Below, in pieces: positions 14,478-36,391 of a stretch of 64,000 nt of DNA. Origin of the DNA: Blastocystis sp. Blastoise. Its lineage: Eukaryota > Protista > Bigyra: Opalinata. The notes beneath the pieces were generated by a model. The model was given only the letters and a program-made list of their open reading frames with translations, was not told the origin of the DNA and searched no databases. A program made the translations under genes and the position numbers. The stretch is from NCBI GenBank assembly GCA_039096225.1, contig JBBPEB010000014.1, positions 620,001-684,000 of the forward strand. Direction: 5' to 3'. The stretch's first letter is position 1; each line of letters starts with the position of its first letter.

Positions 14478-17400
14478 TAATCAAGAATAATAAATAATAA
14501 ATATAATAAATAAAATAATATATACTAAAAAATTCAAGAGTTGATAGATTGGGTAGCATTCCGAGATCCGCAAAGAATTGTGGGCAAACAGAAGTCTGAG
14601 GCATATCTAATTCTATATATATAATGAGATAGTATAATAATTATAAAATATATCTATAAACATAATAATAATAAACTAATAAATCTAAAAGAAATAAGAA
14701 AACTATCAATATATAAATATATACCTCTAAAAGATAAGAATTGAATATTTAGAATCATTTGTTTGGAACATATATCAGCAAATTGAGTATAGAAATCAAT
14801 ACTTGTTGGACCTTTATATATACATATATATATAAGCACTTAAAATAACTATGTAACTATTTGTAAATGAAAAATTTTCACATACGAAAATATATACTAA
14901 TATATATATGTATATATATATACCTTGACAAGCAATAGAAACAGAACTTGTATAATTTCGTTTATTAATAGACGAAAAGATATTTTTAGCTTGAGAAGAA
15001 GAGGTGAGATTTACTATATATAAATATAAGTAGATAATAGTGATATAATAAATAATAAATAATAAATAATAAATAATAAATAAATAAATAATAAATAATA
15101 AATAATAAATAAATAATAAATAATAAATATAATAAATGAATATACAAACAGTAGGTTGAGGTTCTCCAGCAGGTGGATCAACTGGAGTTATTTTATCGGA
15201 CATAACTCTATGGAATACATTGACTCCTAAGCTACAGAATTTTGTAAAGTTATTTGTATATTGTCCTAATTGTTTATCTTCTAATGGAGTTATTAATTGA
15301 GAACGATATAAATTTCCAGTAGATAGAACAGGATGTTTTGTTGATGAGAATGTAGCTGTTTGATATATATATGTAGGTACTTTAGAATATAGAGATGAAG
15401 TAGATTGAGATAAATAAGAAAAAGCAGAAGAAGAAACAGAAACATTTCCAGTGGGAATTGAAGATGGATCAGGAGAATAAGAAGAATTAGAATTATGTAT
15501 ATTACTATTTTGATTAATATTGTTATTTGTAGAATTAGGAGGATAATGAATACCATCATTAGAGGGTAAATTCTTATTAGTATCACTATTTATACTATTC
15601 ATACTATTCAAACTACTAGCACTATTATATAGAAAATTACTATTATAACCATTATTAGTATTATTATTTATAGCATTTAAAGAAACATTAACTGTAGGAA
15701 TACCGTTATTGTTAAGATAGGAAGATGAATTATTATATCCATTATTATTATTAAATGTATTATAATTATTAATATTATTATTATTATTATTTATGCTATT
15801 TGGTATACCATTTAAATTATTAGTATTTGCTCCATAAAGAGGATAAGTAGAAGATGTATTATTATAATAAGAATTAGAAGGTATAGCAGTTGGGATAGGA
15901 GTAGTAGATATTGTATTTACATAAGGTATATAGTTTCCTGATGGTAATGAAGAATTATTAGAATTTGAAATACTATTTTGAGGTAAATTCTGATTTATAG
16001 AATTATTATTATTAGTATTAGCATATATAAATTGATTTTCTTGATTATTTGGTAAAGAATAATCGATAGGTATAGATGGAGAGAGAGAATTAGTAGTAGT
16101 AGTATTAACAGTATTATCAGGTATGTTTATAGAAGATGTGTCAAGTGTAGTTCTGGGAAAAGAACCAGAAGTAGGAGGTGTATAAAATTCTATATATATA
16201 TATATAATTATAATTATAATTATAATTATAAAAAATACTTGGATTTGGAGACATTTGTTGAATTTCATTATTTAGAGCAAATAAGTCGTTTTCTCCTGGA
16301 TTTTGGAAAGTATTAATACAAGGTGAATTAGTATTCATTTGAGTTGCTATTTATAGAAATGATAAATAATAAATGCAAAAATAAAAAATAGAAATCAATA
16401 GAAATGAATAATCAATATACAGTAGAAATCATTTATAGATATGGTTCTGACAAGCAGTGCGTCATCGATATCTAAATATAGTTTGTCCATTGATTCTATT
16501 TCTTGTTCATATTGTTTTTTCTCATGGTCATTCTTAGGAACACGTGGAATTGTTGTATCTATAATATAAATATATTTATATATTATAAATAATAGAAATA
16601 ATTATGAAAATTAGAAGAAAAGGTTATTATGTATTCAATTCTTTGATATTATTAATAGTATATGTATATATATATACTTTGTAATTTAATACTATCAAGA
16701 GCTGGTAGGAAAGTAGTTGTAATAAGGAAATTATATATACCCTTCAATCCTTTAATACCAAATGGATTTCCTATATATAATAATTATTTTTATTATTATA
16801 GTATACGATATCGTTGTAAATAAATTCAATAATATTGATTATATATTAAAATAATAAGTATATACCTTGAAGAGAGAGTACTTTAAGATGATTAAAACTT
16901 GAATCATCAAACAAACGAAGGAAAGAGAATAAATGTTGAATATAATCCAAGTTACAATTATTAAAAAGAAGTGTTTCGACATTTGGAAGTTTTGTTTTAA
17001 TAGTTTGACACAGTGTTTTAAATAATGAACCTGATATCTTCATATCTATATATAAATATAAACATATACATATATAAGTGAAAATAAATATAAATATATA
17101 TATATGTTATAGAATTGTAAAATAGCAAGTAATATATAATAAACATTATAAATACCTTGGAATCCTAAATAAATTAGTTTTGATAATTTATCAGTTTGAA
17201 TAGCCTCAATAATCGCGGGGATAACAGTTTGACAATCACATGGACCTATATATATAATATATATAAATACTACATAAGATAATCTTATATATATATACCA
17301 CAAAATAATAATTGTGTTTGATTCGCAAAAGTTCCTTTTTTTAAATGTTGTAAATATTTATGATATTCTGGTTGGGTCATATCCACTACAAAGATATATA

Positions 17401-19773
17401 ATATTACATATATATATATAATATTATTAAAAATAATATATATACTCTTTATGATAGAATAATATATATATATATATGTACTTTTATGATTTTCATTACT
17501 TGGTGGTGGAACTGATTCTAACGTGGGAAGATTCATTCTTGATGTATTTAAAGACATGTTTATATTCTTTAATAACGATGATGCATTCATTTGAGATAAA
17601 CGAAGAGAAGAAGTCGATAATATATAATTAGAAAAAGTTGTTTGTTTACCAAATTCTTCATCTTTAAATGTATCTCTTATTGATTTATTCATTTGTAAAT
17701 CCAAAGATGAAGATGATGCTAAACTAGAGAAATAATTATTTTTAAGTTTATTTAAATTTGGTAATTCAGAAATTGGTTCATCCTTACTCGAATCAGTAGA
17801 CATATTCAACATGGAATTTGATATATATTTGTTTGTATATTTTTTATTAGTACTAGCATTAGCATTAGTATTATTATCATTATTAGATATAGTATTATTA
17901 ATATTTGATATAGTATTATTATTATTATTAGATATATTATTATTATTATTTGATATATTATTATTATTATTATTATTACTATTATTATTATCTGAGATAT
18001 TATTATTACTATTATTATTATTATTATTATAATTAATATTAACGCTAGTAGTATTATCTATAGGAACATAAGGAGGAAAAGGTGTTGATAGTATAGTAGG
18101 TTCATCGTTTTTATTAGGAAGCTGTTTAATTGGTAAAAATGGAGCTGCAGGAGAGTCTGAAGATGAGCTGAAAGAGACTGAATTAATTGTAGAACTATCA
18201 GTAGATACGGATGAATTACATTGAGGTGTATTGTCTATTAGATCTGTAACAGATTCTAACGGTGTATAACGATGACTTGTATGAAAAGAATCAGTTATAT
18301 GAATTTCATCTATTGTATTGGTTGATGAACTATCTTCTGTTATAGTCCGTTTAGGGATATAAAATGATCCTGTTCCCAAAGGAGAAATAAATGGGTCATT
18401 ACTATATGGACCTATATATATTATATAATTTATTCTATTTATATATATATAATAATATAATATAATATAATATATTAATGAATAAAAATACGTTGTATAA
18501 CGATATTTGCTTGTGAATATAATCGAGTATTTAAACAGTGATATAATAAATCTAAAATGGAAACATCGATTTCATTACCTATACATGTAGTATAAATAAT
18601 AAAATATATTCAATATGAAAAATAAAATAATTAAAAAATAATTAAAAAATAATTAAAAAAAAAAACAAATATATAATTATAATTAATATATACCAAAGAG
18701 CCCAATGAGATTTAAATAATGGTAATTACGTCTAAAGATAGATATACTATCTTTAATAACAGCACCATTTATATGATTATCTATATAAGTTATATTATAT
18801 ATATATAAGATGAATAAGATAATATACCTCCAAAACACATAATATGAATATTAGGAACAATATTAACAAAACTTTTTAATAAAGATAAGAATAATGAATC
18901 ATTGATATTATTACCTATATACATAGAGAAATAAGAATAGATTAATATATTGAATAGAAATACCATTTAGATTCAAAACTTCTAGTTCATTAAATAAATA
19001 GGATGATTTTGGATTACAGAAAGGAAGTAAAACAGTTCCCATTTCACAACCTATGGAGATTATATATACATAAGTTGAAGTGTATAGAGTATATATTAAT
19101 TATAGAGAAGATGTTGTTGTTATAATTAAATATAATATGATATAAAATAATATTATAATTATGATGTAATTAATATATTATAAACACTAAAAAAGAATAA
19201 ATAAACATAATATGAAACAAATAAAAATATAAATATAGTATGAATCAAATAAAAATAGAAAAAAATACCTTGAAAGCTTAAGACTTTCAGTTTTTGTAAA
19301 TATCCTGAACGAATAGCTAAAGCTAATGACATTTTCTCATTATTCATACTTAAACAATCTAAAAAATATATTTTAATATGATAAAATATAATAGTCAAAT
19401 ATATATATATGTATATATATGATTTTATATTATAAAAAATATATAAAATTGAAGAAATAATACTAAACATAATATATATATATACCATGAATTGATAGAT
19501 CTATAAGTTGAGGAAAACATCCTTGAGAAATACAAAGAAATAATTGGTCTAACATTTCAGATGTGATTTCGTTATTAGAAGCTATATAAATAGAATATTT
19601 TTTAAATAATAAAAAAAATAATATAATTTTATATACAATTTGTTAAATGAATGCTTTTAAGTAGTAAATTTTCTTTTTTGGAAGAATCTTCAATAAAATC
19701 ATTAAAAGAATCATGACTTGAAATATAATTATCTAGAAAAAAATAAATTAAAAAAAAGCATGAAATATATTAC

Positions 19774-19819
<46 letters not shown>

Positions 19820-20419
19820 CTTTACATTCAAAAGAATCTAAAGAAGTTAAAGGATCTCCTTGTCGAAATAAAATAAAATCAATCGACGTTTCACTTGTTA
19901 AATCAGATAAATCCGTTTGAATATCAAGAACATCACCTTTATAAGTAGCATAAACTTGACGAGGAGCTAAAAAAACATTAATTCGATGGAAACTCTATAA
20001 ATAAGATGTATAATATATATATAAAGCATAGAATTAAAAATTTAAAGAAAGAATAGTTTTAAAAAACACACTTGTAACACTAATTCAATGACATGTTGAA
20101 CGGAATCATCCTTCTTACATATAATACTTGTTGTGATATCTTCAAGTGTAGCATTAATTTGAAGACAATCTTCATAAACAATATCTTCTAAAAACTCGTG
20201 AGGAACTGTAGTGATTGTAAACCCAGTTTTTCCACTTTTAAATGTTGTAATGAGATTTGATGTAGGACATTTTGCTTTCTATATATAAAATATAATTGAA
20301 TCAATAACTGACAATACATTAAGAACGGCTTGAAGTTGAGTTACAGATTGATCCTTGAGTGTTTGTTCATTGACTACTCCATTCTTAGGAACAATAGTCA
20401 ATATATAATCGTAATTCAT
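12622..20419 (-). CDS. Large RNI-like leucine-rich-repeat protein: three LRR cassettes separated by N/S/P-rich linkers
   Basis: In-frame exon chain from MNYDYILTIVPK to KVVNWLNGTL*. Repeated LxxLxLxxN/C units (LQKLKVLSFQG, LKVLSLQG, VKLLDVS, LHSFDISG). Confidence 0.75.
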
Positions 20420-20782
20420 GTTTATTTTTGTAAAACAAAATTGAAAATGAATTCAATTTTATTCAGAGTTATTTATGACACAATCTGTATAATTCCAGTT
20501 CTTTTCTTAAAAAAAGGAGTAATGCTATTTTTGTTAATTTTTAAAGATAAATAGGATTCTTTGAAAATAAGTACTTCTGTTGCATGCACAAACTCTAGAG
20601 TGACATAAATAGAGACCTAGAAAACAAATACTAAAGAAAAATAAACAAAATAGTTTTTTTTTAAACAGAAACACATAGAGTGAATGACAATTTGAAAGAT
20701 TCGATTGAATCAAAATACATTTAGAATGCTAATAAAAAAATAATGTATTCTAAATGAAAGAAAGTAAAAAAAAAAAGAGACA

Positions 20783-26590
<5,808 letters not shown>

Positions 26591-28391
26591 ATAGTTTCAT
26601 GAAAATTTCTTATATACAACAAATTCTATCCATTAACCATTTATCTAGTTGGATATCGTATTGATTATAATTAAAATAAAACCATTATCTGTGTTATAAT
26701 AATCACATCAAATAGTATATGTTTTGAGTATAAAAAGAAAATTACATTTTCTCAAATCGTATTCTTTCGTTTTTATTTTATCTAATTATTTATATAATCG
26801 TCGTTCTGAAACTCATCTGATCTGTTTCATTGCTTCATTTTTGCTGAGAAATCATGTACCCTTGAATTAAATTTAATTCTAGAAGCATGAGTTAATTGTT
26901 CATATTATATCCAAACTAATTTGACAACAAATAATTTATTATAAAAAGAAATGATTCACGTTTTTGTATTTTTGTATTGCAATAAGCATATAATAATGCT
27001 ATTTTTGAATCAGAGATTTGTTCATATAACCAAAGGAGTATTTTTTATAGTTTATCATTAATTCTAGATTTAAAAAATGAATAGTTATTGATAAAAAATC
27101 TCAGTTTGTGTTTTTTATTTTTTTGTTTTATTAAATAATCAACGAAATTATTTATACACACTTAGTGAATATCTATGAGAGTCATAACTATAATTCTCTT
27201 GCTTGTAAATTAATTTCTAAATATCTATATGAAGATCATTTTTTAAGATTGAGAACAAAAGTTAAATAATTAGAATATATTATTACTAAAATAATATATA
27301 TGAAAAATGTGATTTTTTCATTCATTCTAATACAAATAAAACGCTCATGACAATTCAAAATTGTCATTTTAATTTGATATCAAAATCAATTCATATTAGA
27401 ATCTACGTATGATGGCATAAGGAAATGATTCCTTCATGAAATAGATGGATATTATTGAATTCCAAATTATGCAAAAAAATATCGAACTCATATTATTATA
27501 ATATAATGTATATATCATTCTTGATATATTTTAAAATCCTCTGCTACCAAGCTAGCTCAATATTTGTATATCACAAATAATTTCACATAATTAATAAGCA
27601 TTTTGACACTATAAGAAGATTGATTAGATAAAATAGTTTATTTTGCCAATCATATGCTCTAAAATATCAAAAGTACCTAATAGTGATTATATCTATTATA
27701 TATTCTTATAATTTATAGAATACAAATATATCTTATTGTTCTCATTCTTGATATATCACCTTATATACATTAAACACCTAATCCATCAAGTTTTCTGTTG
27801 ATATAATTCTTGATTTGATATTAATTCTTATATTTCTATATATTTTTACATATATATATATATATATCTTTCATTATTAGTAAGATTATATATATATTTT
27901 TTTAATTTGTCCGAGATTCAACTCATTATAGTGTTTTGTTTTCATATTTAGTATATAAAAATATTCATTAATGTGTATTTATATGACATTTAAAACAGAA
28001 TAATAATATAGAGTAACCATAAAAAACAACAAAATGGATCAAACTCGAAATACATATCAAAATCAATTAAAAAAGAATGACAACAATAATAACTATCAGA
28101 ATAATCTCAAAAATAACTAGTTTTATATATATTTCAAGAGTATGTATTTTAATGTGATTATTTTATAACTGTGACTCTTTCAAAATAATTAATATAACAA
28201 AAAAAAAACAAGAAAATAGCACAAACCATTAAACTACTAAAAGTATAGATAAAATAAAATAAATAATACAAAAAATAAATAATATATATTTTATATATAG
28301 GAGAAAAAGTTAAAATTTTTTTATGAATGTATATAGATATAATATGAATATTGTATGTTTGAATGTATACTCCCTTGTAATATTGTTGTTT

Positions 28392-31288
28392 CTATGAAGG
28401 AATAAGGGTAGTATTTGTACTTATTGTGAGAGAAGGAGAAGAAGGAGGAGAGGAAGGAGGAATAGAAGTAACTGAAGATATCTGAGGATATATAGTATTT
28501 TCAGGAGTAATGTCTCTAGAAGCAGAAGAAATAATAGTATTATTATTTGAATTATTATCATTTGAGTTATCACTAATGTTATTAATACTTGAAATATCAT
28601 TATTATTATTATTTGATTTATCATTACTATTAGTGTTATTAATATTTGAATTATCATTAATATTTGAGTTCGTTGTAATAGTTTGAATACCAGTAGTATT
28701 AGTAATATCTGAATTATTATTATTAATATCTGAATTATTATTATTATTTGAATTATCATTATTATTATTTGAATTATCATTATTATTATTTGAATTATCA
28801 TTATTATCTTCTATAATATTTTTAGGAATTTCTTCATATTCACATTGTTGACGTATACAGGGAGAGATGGAGTCGACTATAGACCATGTTAATAGTAATA
28901 CATTCTGTCCTGTAGATAAAGAGGCTTCTTCAAAACAATTATCAGATCTAAAAAAAAGTAAAATTATATTAACTACATATATAAAATAATATACATTATA
29001 CATGAAAACATAATAAAAAGATAATTAAAAATAGTTATTTTATATAATTTTTTATTTACTTCATCACCATAATCATGTTTTTGAATATTTCTAATGTCAT
29101 TTCTCCTATTTCTCCCTCTATAAGTGAATATCGAGTGAATTGTGTTACTACTTTCAACCAATAAGCATGAAATGTATTTTGACGAACCAATCGATGAATA
29201 CATATCAAGAAACACTTTGAGAAGAATGAAAGAAGAACAGATATGGATTTCGGATTAGTATTAAATGGAGCAGTATTTGGTAAACATAACAAATGATACA
29301 TCATCTATATTAATAATTATATATTGATATATATATAATCATTATAGTTATATATTATATATATAATTATAGTTATATATTGATATATATATAATTATAT
29401 TTATATATTATATATATATATATAATAATTATAGTTATATATATAATATACATTTTGAAAGCATTCATATAAAGCTGCGTCAGAGGGTATAGGAGTGCTC
29501 ATCAGTTGAGAGAAAGCAATGCTTAACTTAGCAAATACATACTGAATAATCTATAATAGATATAAAGATACTATGATTATATATAAAATATATAAAAAGA
29601 CGTAAATAGTCTAATTGAATAGTATATATTATAAATATTTTATATCAAATATAATAATAATGACAATAATTAATATATATATATATACTTCTAATGTAGA
29701 TGATGGATCTTCAATAAACATTAATAAAGAGGAAACACCCATAAGCCAACATTGATCTTCTGTAATAACCACATAGTTTTCCACGGGAATTGTTGCTATT
29801 CCATTAGGAGTATTAACACTATTATTATTTGGAGTATCTATAGATATATTACTATTTGTACGATGAAGAGATGAACGATTCGTAGGTGTAGAAGAAGCAC
29901 TAGTAACAGGAGAAGAAGAAGTAGAAGAAGATAATGAAGGAGGAAGAGGAGATAAACAACGTTTACGAGTCGATATATGTGTCGAATAAACTAATAAAGC
30001 AAATCTAGATATATAGAATAGATTTATGAAATAATTATATATAGAATAGATTTATGAAATAATTATATATAGAATAGATTTATAAAAAAAATATATATAG
30101 AATAGATTTGTAAAATGATTATATATAGAATAGATTTATAAAAAAAATATATATAGAATAGATTTATGAAATAATTATATATAGAATATATATATATATA
30201 CAAATAATCAATAACAGGTTTAGTCCATTTTGGGTTATCTTTAGTTACTATATATATATTTATTATTATTATTATTTATAATATAATAGTAATTATTATT
30301 ATTATTATGATATAATATAGAAATAAACAAATATTAGCAACATAAAAGTGAACAAGATAATTAATGAATATAAATCTATATTATATATACACGCCGAAAG
30401 TGCAAATTGATTAATCATTGAATAATTGTATATAGATATATATTTTTGTTCAAGTAATCTACATAATACAAGCCATATCATTCCTTTATTCTCTTCTTTA
30501 TATATATCTAACGACAATATATGTATATATAATGACCAGAAATCAGGAGTAAACGATACACTAGAAATTTATACATATATTGTTAAATATACATATATAT
30601 ATATAATATACATAGAATTATCTAATAATAAATAAAGTCCACTAATTCTTCTTGAAGATATATATATAGAATCCGGAATATAGCTTACATATTTCAGTAA
30701 TGATAAAATCTATATATATAAGAATATATATAAAAATATATATATACATGATCTCTTTGAATTCTACTTTCAAGTAATTTTTTAATAATATAGAATATAT
30801 AAACAAGATATCTTTCTAATACATAATGTAGATTAGCTTCTTCTGCTTCTTTTAATATTATATCTAAGAATGTGTATATAGTATTCCAGCATTCACTAAG
30901 GCGTTGGGAATTCTTAGTAATTAATATATATAATAACTCAAGTCTATATATGTATGTTAATGATAAATATTTATATAAAGAAGAAACAGGAGCAGATTCC
31001 AAATAGGAAGATATATAGAAAATATCATTATCAGGGAAGGTACATATACACTATATATATATAATTATTATCTATTATATATATTATTAATAAAAAAAAA
31101 AAATAGGTTTATTATGATAACATAATTAATAAAATAATATATATATATATATACTTCTACAAGTTCTTTAAAGCTATCAAAAAATAGTTTTTCTGATTTA
31201 TAGAATAAACTTGGTATATCAATAACTCCCAACGTATGTTGTATCTCTGTTATATATTCTGATGGATACTATATAATACATATATATA

Positions 31289-31366
<78 letters not shown>

Positions 31367-32383
31367 TACTACAAGATAAAAATAATATATAAACTGACTT
31401 ACTGTTGCTGAATCGGACTTAAAAAGAGAAGATAAAGCGACAAAGAGAGACGAAGAAGAAACAAATGTTTTATTAATATATATACTATTGTGAGTATTAA
31501 TAGTAAGAGAGAGAGAGAGAGAATGAATTGAAGTAGGAAGAACTTGTTTAGTAGGGGATGGAATATCTAAAGATGTTGCAGGGGAGGGAGAAATGAAAGA
31601 ATATAAATTCAAATAAGAACATAAATCAAAAAGAGAATTCCAATGTCCTTTCATATTATCATAATTTTTGAGTATTAAATTAAAATAGGCTTTCAATACA
31701 TAAATACTCAGGTGGTTCTATATATATATATATATATATTTTAATTTAATTATAAATGAATAAATACTGTATATGGTTTTTTATTTCTTTCTAACGGAGA
31801 TAAATTATTTGTGCTATTCCCGCGGGTATATATGTCTTTCATAAGAGGTTTTATGGATGTATAAAGACGATCGTATAAAGCATAATAACAATCATCAAGT
31901 TGATAATAATTAGATATATTTGCATAGTCGTACATTCCTGTGATAATTTTATTTATTAATAACGTGTCTTCTGTTTGATTTAAAATATTCTAAATATATA
32001 TAAATTAAGAAATAAATATATATGTATAAATGAATATAAAAAAATATTTTATATATACAAAGAACAAGTCTAGACATTGTTTGTTTATTAATTTGAACAT
32101 TTCACGTTCACAACTTCCAGCTAAACGATTTTCTATATATAATTATTCATATTATATATAATTAATATACTATTATATTCTAATCATAAAAATAATAAAT
32201 AATTATATATATGTATATATATATATATGTACCATCATGAGTGAATCTTCCCTCATTAATTCGCCCTTCTTTATTTTGGAGGGCTTCTTCCCATCGTTCA
32301 ATATTAACAGACTCAAGATCCGATTCATATAATATAATTTCACGATCTCGAATATTTTTATATAATGTTGTTAAATAACTATA

Positions 32384-32424
<41 letters not shown>

Positions 32425-35400
32425 TATTAATATCCAATACAATACTCTTTGAAAAGAAAGAAAAAAAAAGAATAGAGAATATATACTCTAAAGGTAAATC
32501 TTTATGTTCATTAATTCCGCGGTTATTCTGTACAAAATCTTCAAGAGTCATTTTATTTTTAACTCCTGGATTATGAAGATCTGTATTTAGAAGTAAACAT
32601 GAGAAAAGGAGGGAAAATAACGCATCAGAAGATAAGAAAGGACCAGGACTCTGTAAATATCTATATATATATATACATAAATAATAATTTAGATGTATAT
32701 AGATATTTATAGATTACAAAAAAATACTTATTATATTGAATATGCGCATTTAAAATAGAATATTAATAGAAGATATAATAGATTATAAATATAATATGAT
32801 ACTATATAATATATATACACATAAGAGGATAGATCATCAAGAATACGATCAATAGCTTGAGCTTCTCCCGGTATTTTAAAGGCGCCAAGAAACACACGAA
32901 GAATATCATCCACTGATAATCCCTCATAAGAAAACTGACGAACAAAATAATAACGAACCTATACATATATATAGTGAATAAAAATGATTAAGATTAATAA
33001 ATAAATATAATGATAATCAAATATATATGTACATGGAACAAATAGAAAAAGAATAATAAATAATAAATAATAATAATGGTAATAAATATAATAATAATAT
33101 ATATAATAATAATAATATATATATATATACTTGTGCATTAAATGGTTTTCTTTCTTTATCATAAGCTATATAATCACCAAGAATAGTTTTGTCAATAGAA
33201 GGACAATCATAAATAAGTTTTGCCATCCCTTTAGCGTCTTCAGCATTCGTTAAGAGACTCATCGACTATATATGTATATATTATATTTATAATATAGAAT
33301 ACTTACAAGTGCATAATCCGTAGCTTCCTTATATTGCTTATTATTAAATAAAGTACTAAATTTATTGAATATATGCTTCTTCTGCTTACTTTCTAATACC
33401 CATTCATCTTCACTATATATAAGATATATAAGATATAGATATATATGATATATAAGATATATAAGATAATATATATATATATATATATACGAAAAGTTGG
33501 TAGTTGGTGTATTGCCTCTTCGAGTACATCGAGAAGATATACTGTGTAACATCTATATATATATATATATATATATATTATACATGTTAATATTTATATA
33601 AGAATCATCAATAAAACTATATATAATATATATAATATATATACAGCTAGTATAACTTGCATCGAGAGACTATTTAAAGAAGTGAAAATAGAAGTAATAT
33701 TTAGAGAAGGAGAGATAGCGGATGACGCAATCGTTGTTTCTGGAATACTATTCTCAGCTAAACATGTAAAGATCTTTTCAAATAAATTAGTACATTGAAC
33801 ATCACAATCATACTAAAGAATATATATTAATTTAGTATAAGATAATATAATCATTCAATATAATATAGTATAATTGATTTGTTTCAATTATATATATATA
33901 TATATACATTAGTATAGATATCTAGAACAAGAGAGGGTTCTCTGAAGAAGTCAACGAGTGATTCTAAAACAAGTTCTTTCTGAGAAGGACTACTAGATGT
34001 ACTAGGAGAAAGAAATATCATAGATATACATATAAATATAATATTATATATATATAGATATAATAATATAAATAGTATATATATATTATCTAAATAAAAA
34101 ATGTATTGAATACAAATCAGAATATCCTATAATATAGGATATGAAAGTATGTAGTACAAACATAAAAATACATCCTCATATATATACCTAGAAAGATGAC
34201 GAATATAAATAGAGACAAAAAAAACTTCAAGTTGTAGTTTCAGATTGTCTTTTACTGTTTGAAAAAGGTTATAAATAAGTCGCAAACAGAGAGAAAGAGA
34301 AGAAAGATCATCTGTCTCACTATTAATAATAATATTCTTACATACCTTATTCTATATATATATAGTATATAGTATATTTACATGATACAAGGAATTCATT
34401 ATACATAAAGCATTTATTAATATAAAAAGCGAAAAAGAAAAATATATAAATAATTAATAAACAGTGAAATAAATTTTTTTAAAATTATATATATATATAA
34501 TAATCTTATACTTGAATAATTTTAATAAGAGAATTATATTTATTAATAGCTTCTCCTCCCATTTCAATAATAATATTAATCAACGTAAACCCTAATAATC
34601 GTGTATATTGAGGTCTAAATAAAGAATAGATACAATTCATAATATACATAATTTATATAATAAAATAACTATATAAATAAATTAATATTTTTAAGAAGAT
34701 ATAGAATAGAATTATATCACATTATATACTTTTGAGAAGCAGTTAAATCAGCGACAAAATCAAAAACACTTTGAAGTGTATCTTCTGTCTATATAATATA
34801 ATATAATATAATATATATAATAATAAAATATAATAGTATATATTATAATAGTATATTATATAATAGTATATAATATAATAGTTATAATATAATAGTATAT
34901 AATATAATAGTATATAATATAATAGTATATAATATAATAGTATATAATATAATATAATAGTATATTATATAATATATATACAAAGTGTTCTTTATGTTGA
35001 TTGATCGATTGTTTTATTTCTAGCTCTATAGCTAATGTATTTTTATTATTTTCACTTTCATTTCCATGGGAATTCGTGTCAGATATAGGAGTAACTTCAT
35101 CAACTTCTGGAGAACTTTTCAAGTCATTAAAAAAATAATGTGATTATATACAAATAAAAATTAAATAATTAAATATATTTTTAAAATATAATAATTATAC
35201 CTTCTGAAGAAATATTTGAATGTAACGAAGTTATATCACATTCAGGAGACTATTATATATATAATATTATATATAAAATTGTATATATATACAGATATAG
35301 TTTGACCACATGCCTTATATAAATCATCATATTTACCTTCCTATTTAAAAAAAAAATTATATAGAAAGAATATAAATAAATATACACTAATATTTTGAAG

Positions 35401-36391
35401 ATGTGAAAATAAAGAGAGTATAAAATGAGCCAATGTATTCTCTGCAGTTAACTGTAATAACTATATATATGTATATTATTAAATATATATATATATATAT
35501 AAAGAATATACAGGATTTGATGAAGGTATAGTTGCCATTTTATAGCATGTATTCAAAAGATTCATTACACTATATAGAATAATCAAATATTATATATTTA
35601 TGACATATAGATAATTATAATAAGACTTTAATAAATATAAATTATAAAAGGTAAAATAAAAAAAAAATATATATATATATATATAATATATATATTTAAC
35701 AAGAATATAGAATATATACCTATCATGTGTGAGGAAAATACCTGCATCATTTCGAATAAGAATAAGAATTAAATCTAATATCTTTAAGAAAAGGCTTTCT
35801 TCTGTAGTTGTATATGTAGATTCAAATCGACATAAAGAAACTGTACAGGCTAATTCATTAATTACAGTCATCACATTCTTTGTCTATATACATGTACTTA
35901 TTAATATGTAATATATATATATATAATATATAATACATATATATACTATAGATATATATAATATATATATATATGTAAATACATGAAGACTAATAAATCC
36001 ATATAAGAGAAACTTATGAATAGAAGAAATAGCAGCACCAGTAACAATTGCACTATAAAGCATAATTCGAGATTTTGATGATAAATATCTCATACCTAGT
36101 ATATGGAGTACGAATAAGAATCAGAAATGGTGCTAAATAAACCATAGGATCCAATTCACGAATAGTATCATAATTTGATAACTCTTCATTTAATGATTTA
36201 AACATCTTAGTTAATGGCGTATCATTCTAAATATAGTATAATTCATACTTATCACTAAATACCTCAAGAGGAACCTCTCTATAAAACCGACTATTGGATT
36301 CCCAATTACTTTCAAGACGAAGTAACGATAAGATGTTGTATATCTCTCCTTTTATACAATGAATAGATCTTGAAGAATCCACTATTGACAT
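28392..36391 (-). CDS. GBF1: Large ARF guanine-nucleotide exchange factor, GBF1/Gea/GNOM family
   Basis: DCB region (YLAPFL...TSAIVTGAAISSIHKFL, CRFE), HUS box NYDCD, Sec7 motifs FKIPGEAQAIDRIL and LLNTDLHN...MTLEDFVQNNRGIN, C-terminal KNMIMVM...TW. All introns can be read as GT-AG. Confidence 0.93.
30010..30190. repeat. Intronic minisatellite of about 28-29 bp (atatagaatagatttatgaaataattat)
   Basis: About six imperfect tandem copies in a GBF1 intron. Confidence 0.85.

Noticed and set aside
17811-18032. Poly-Leu/Ile/Tyr ORFs here and throughout the ORF track
   Set aside because: Antisense or read-through translations of (AAT)n and (TA)n tracts, not proteins.
35100-35200. Possible non-canonical acceptor in a GBF1 intron
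   Set aside because: A canonical in-phase CAG acceptor (TTCTCCAG|AA GTT GAT) is available.
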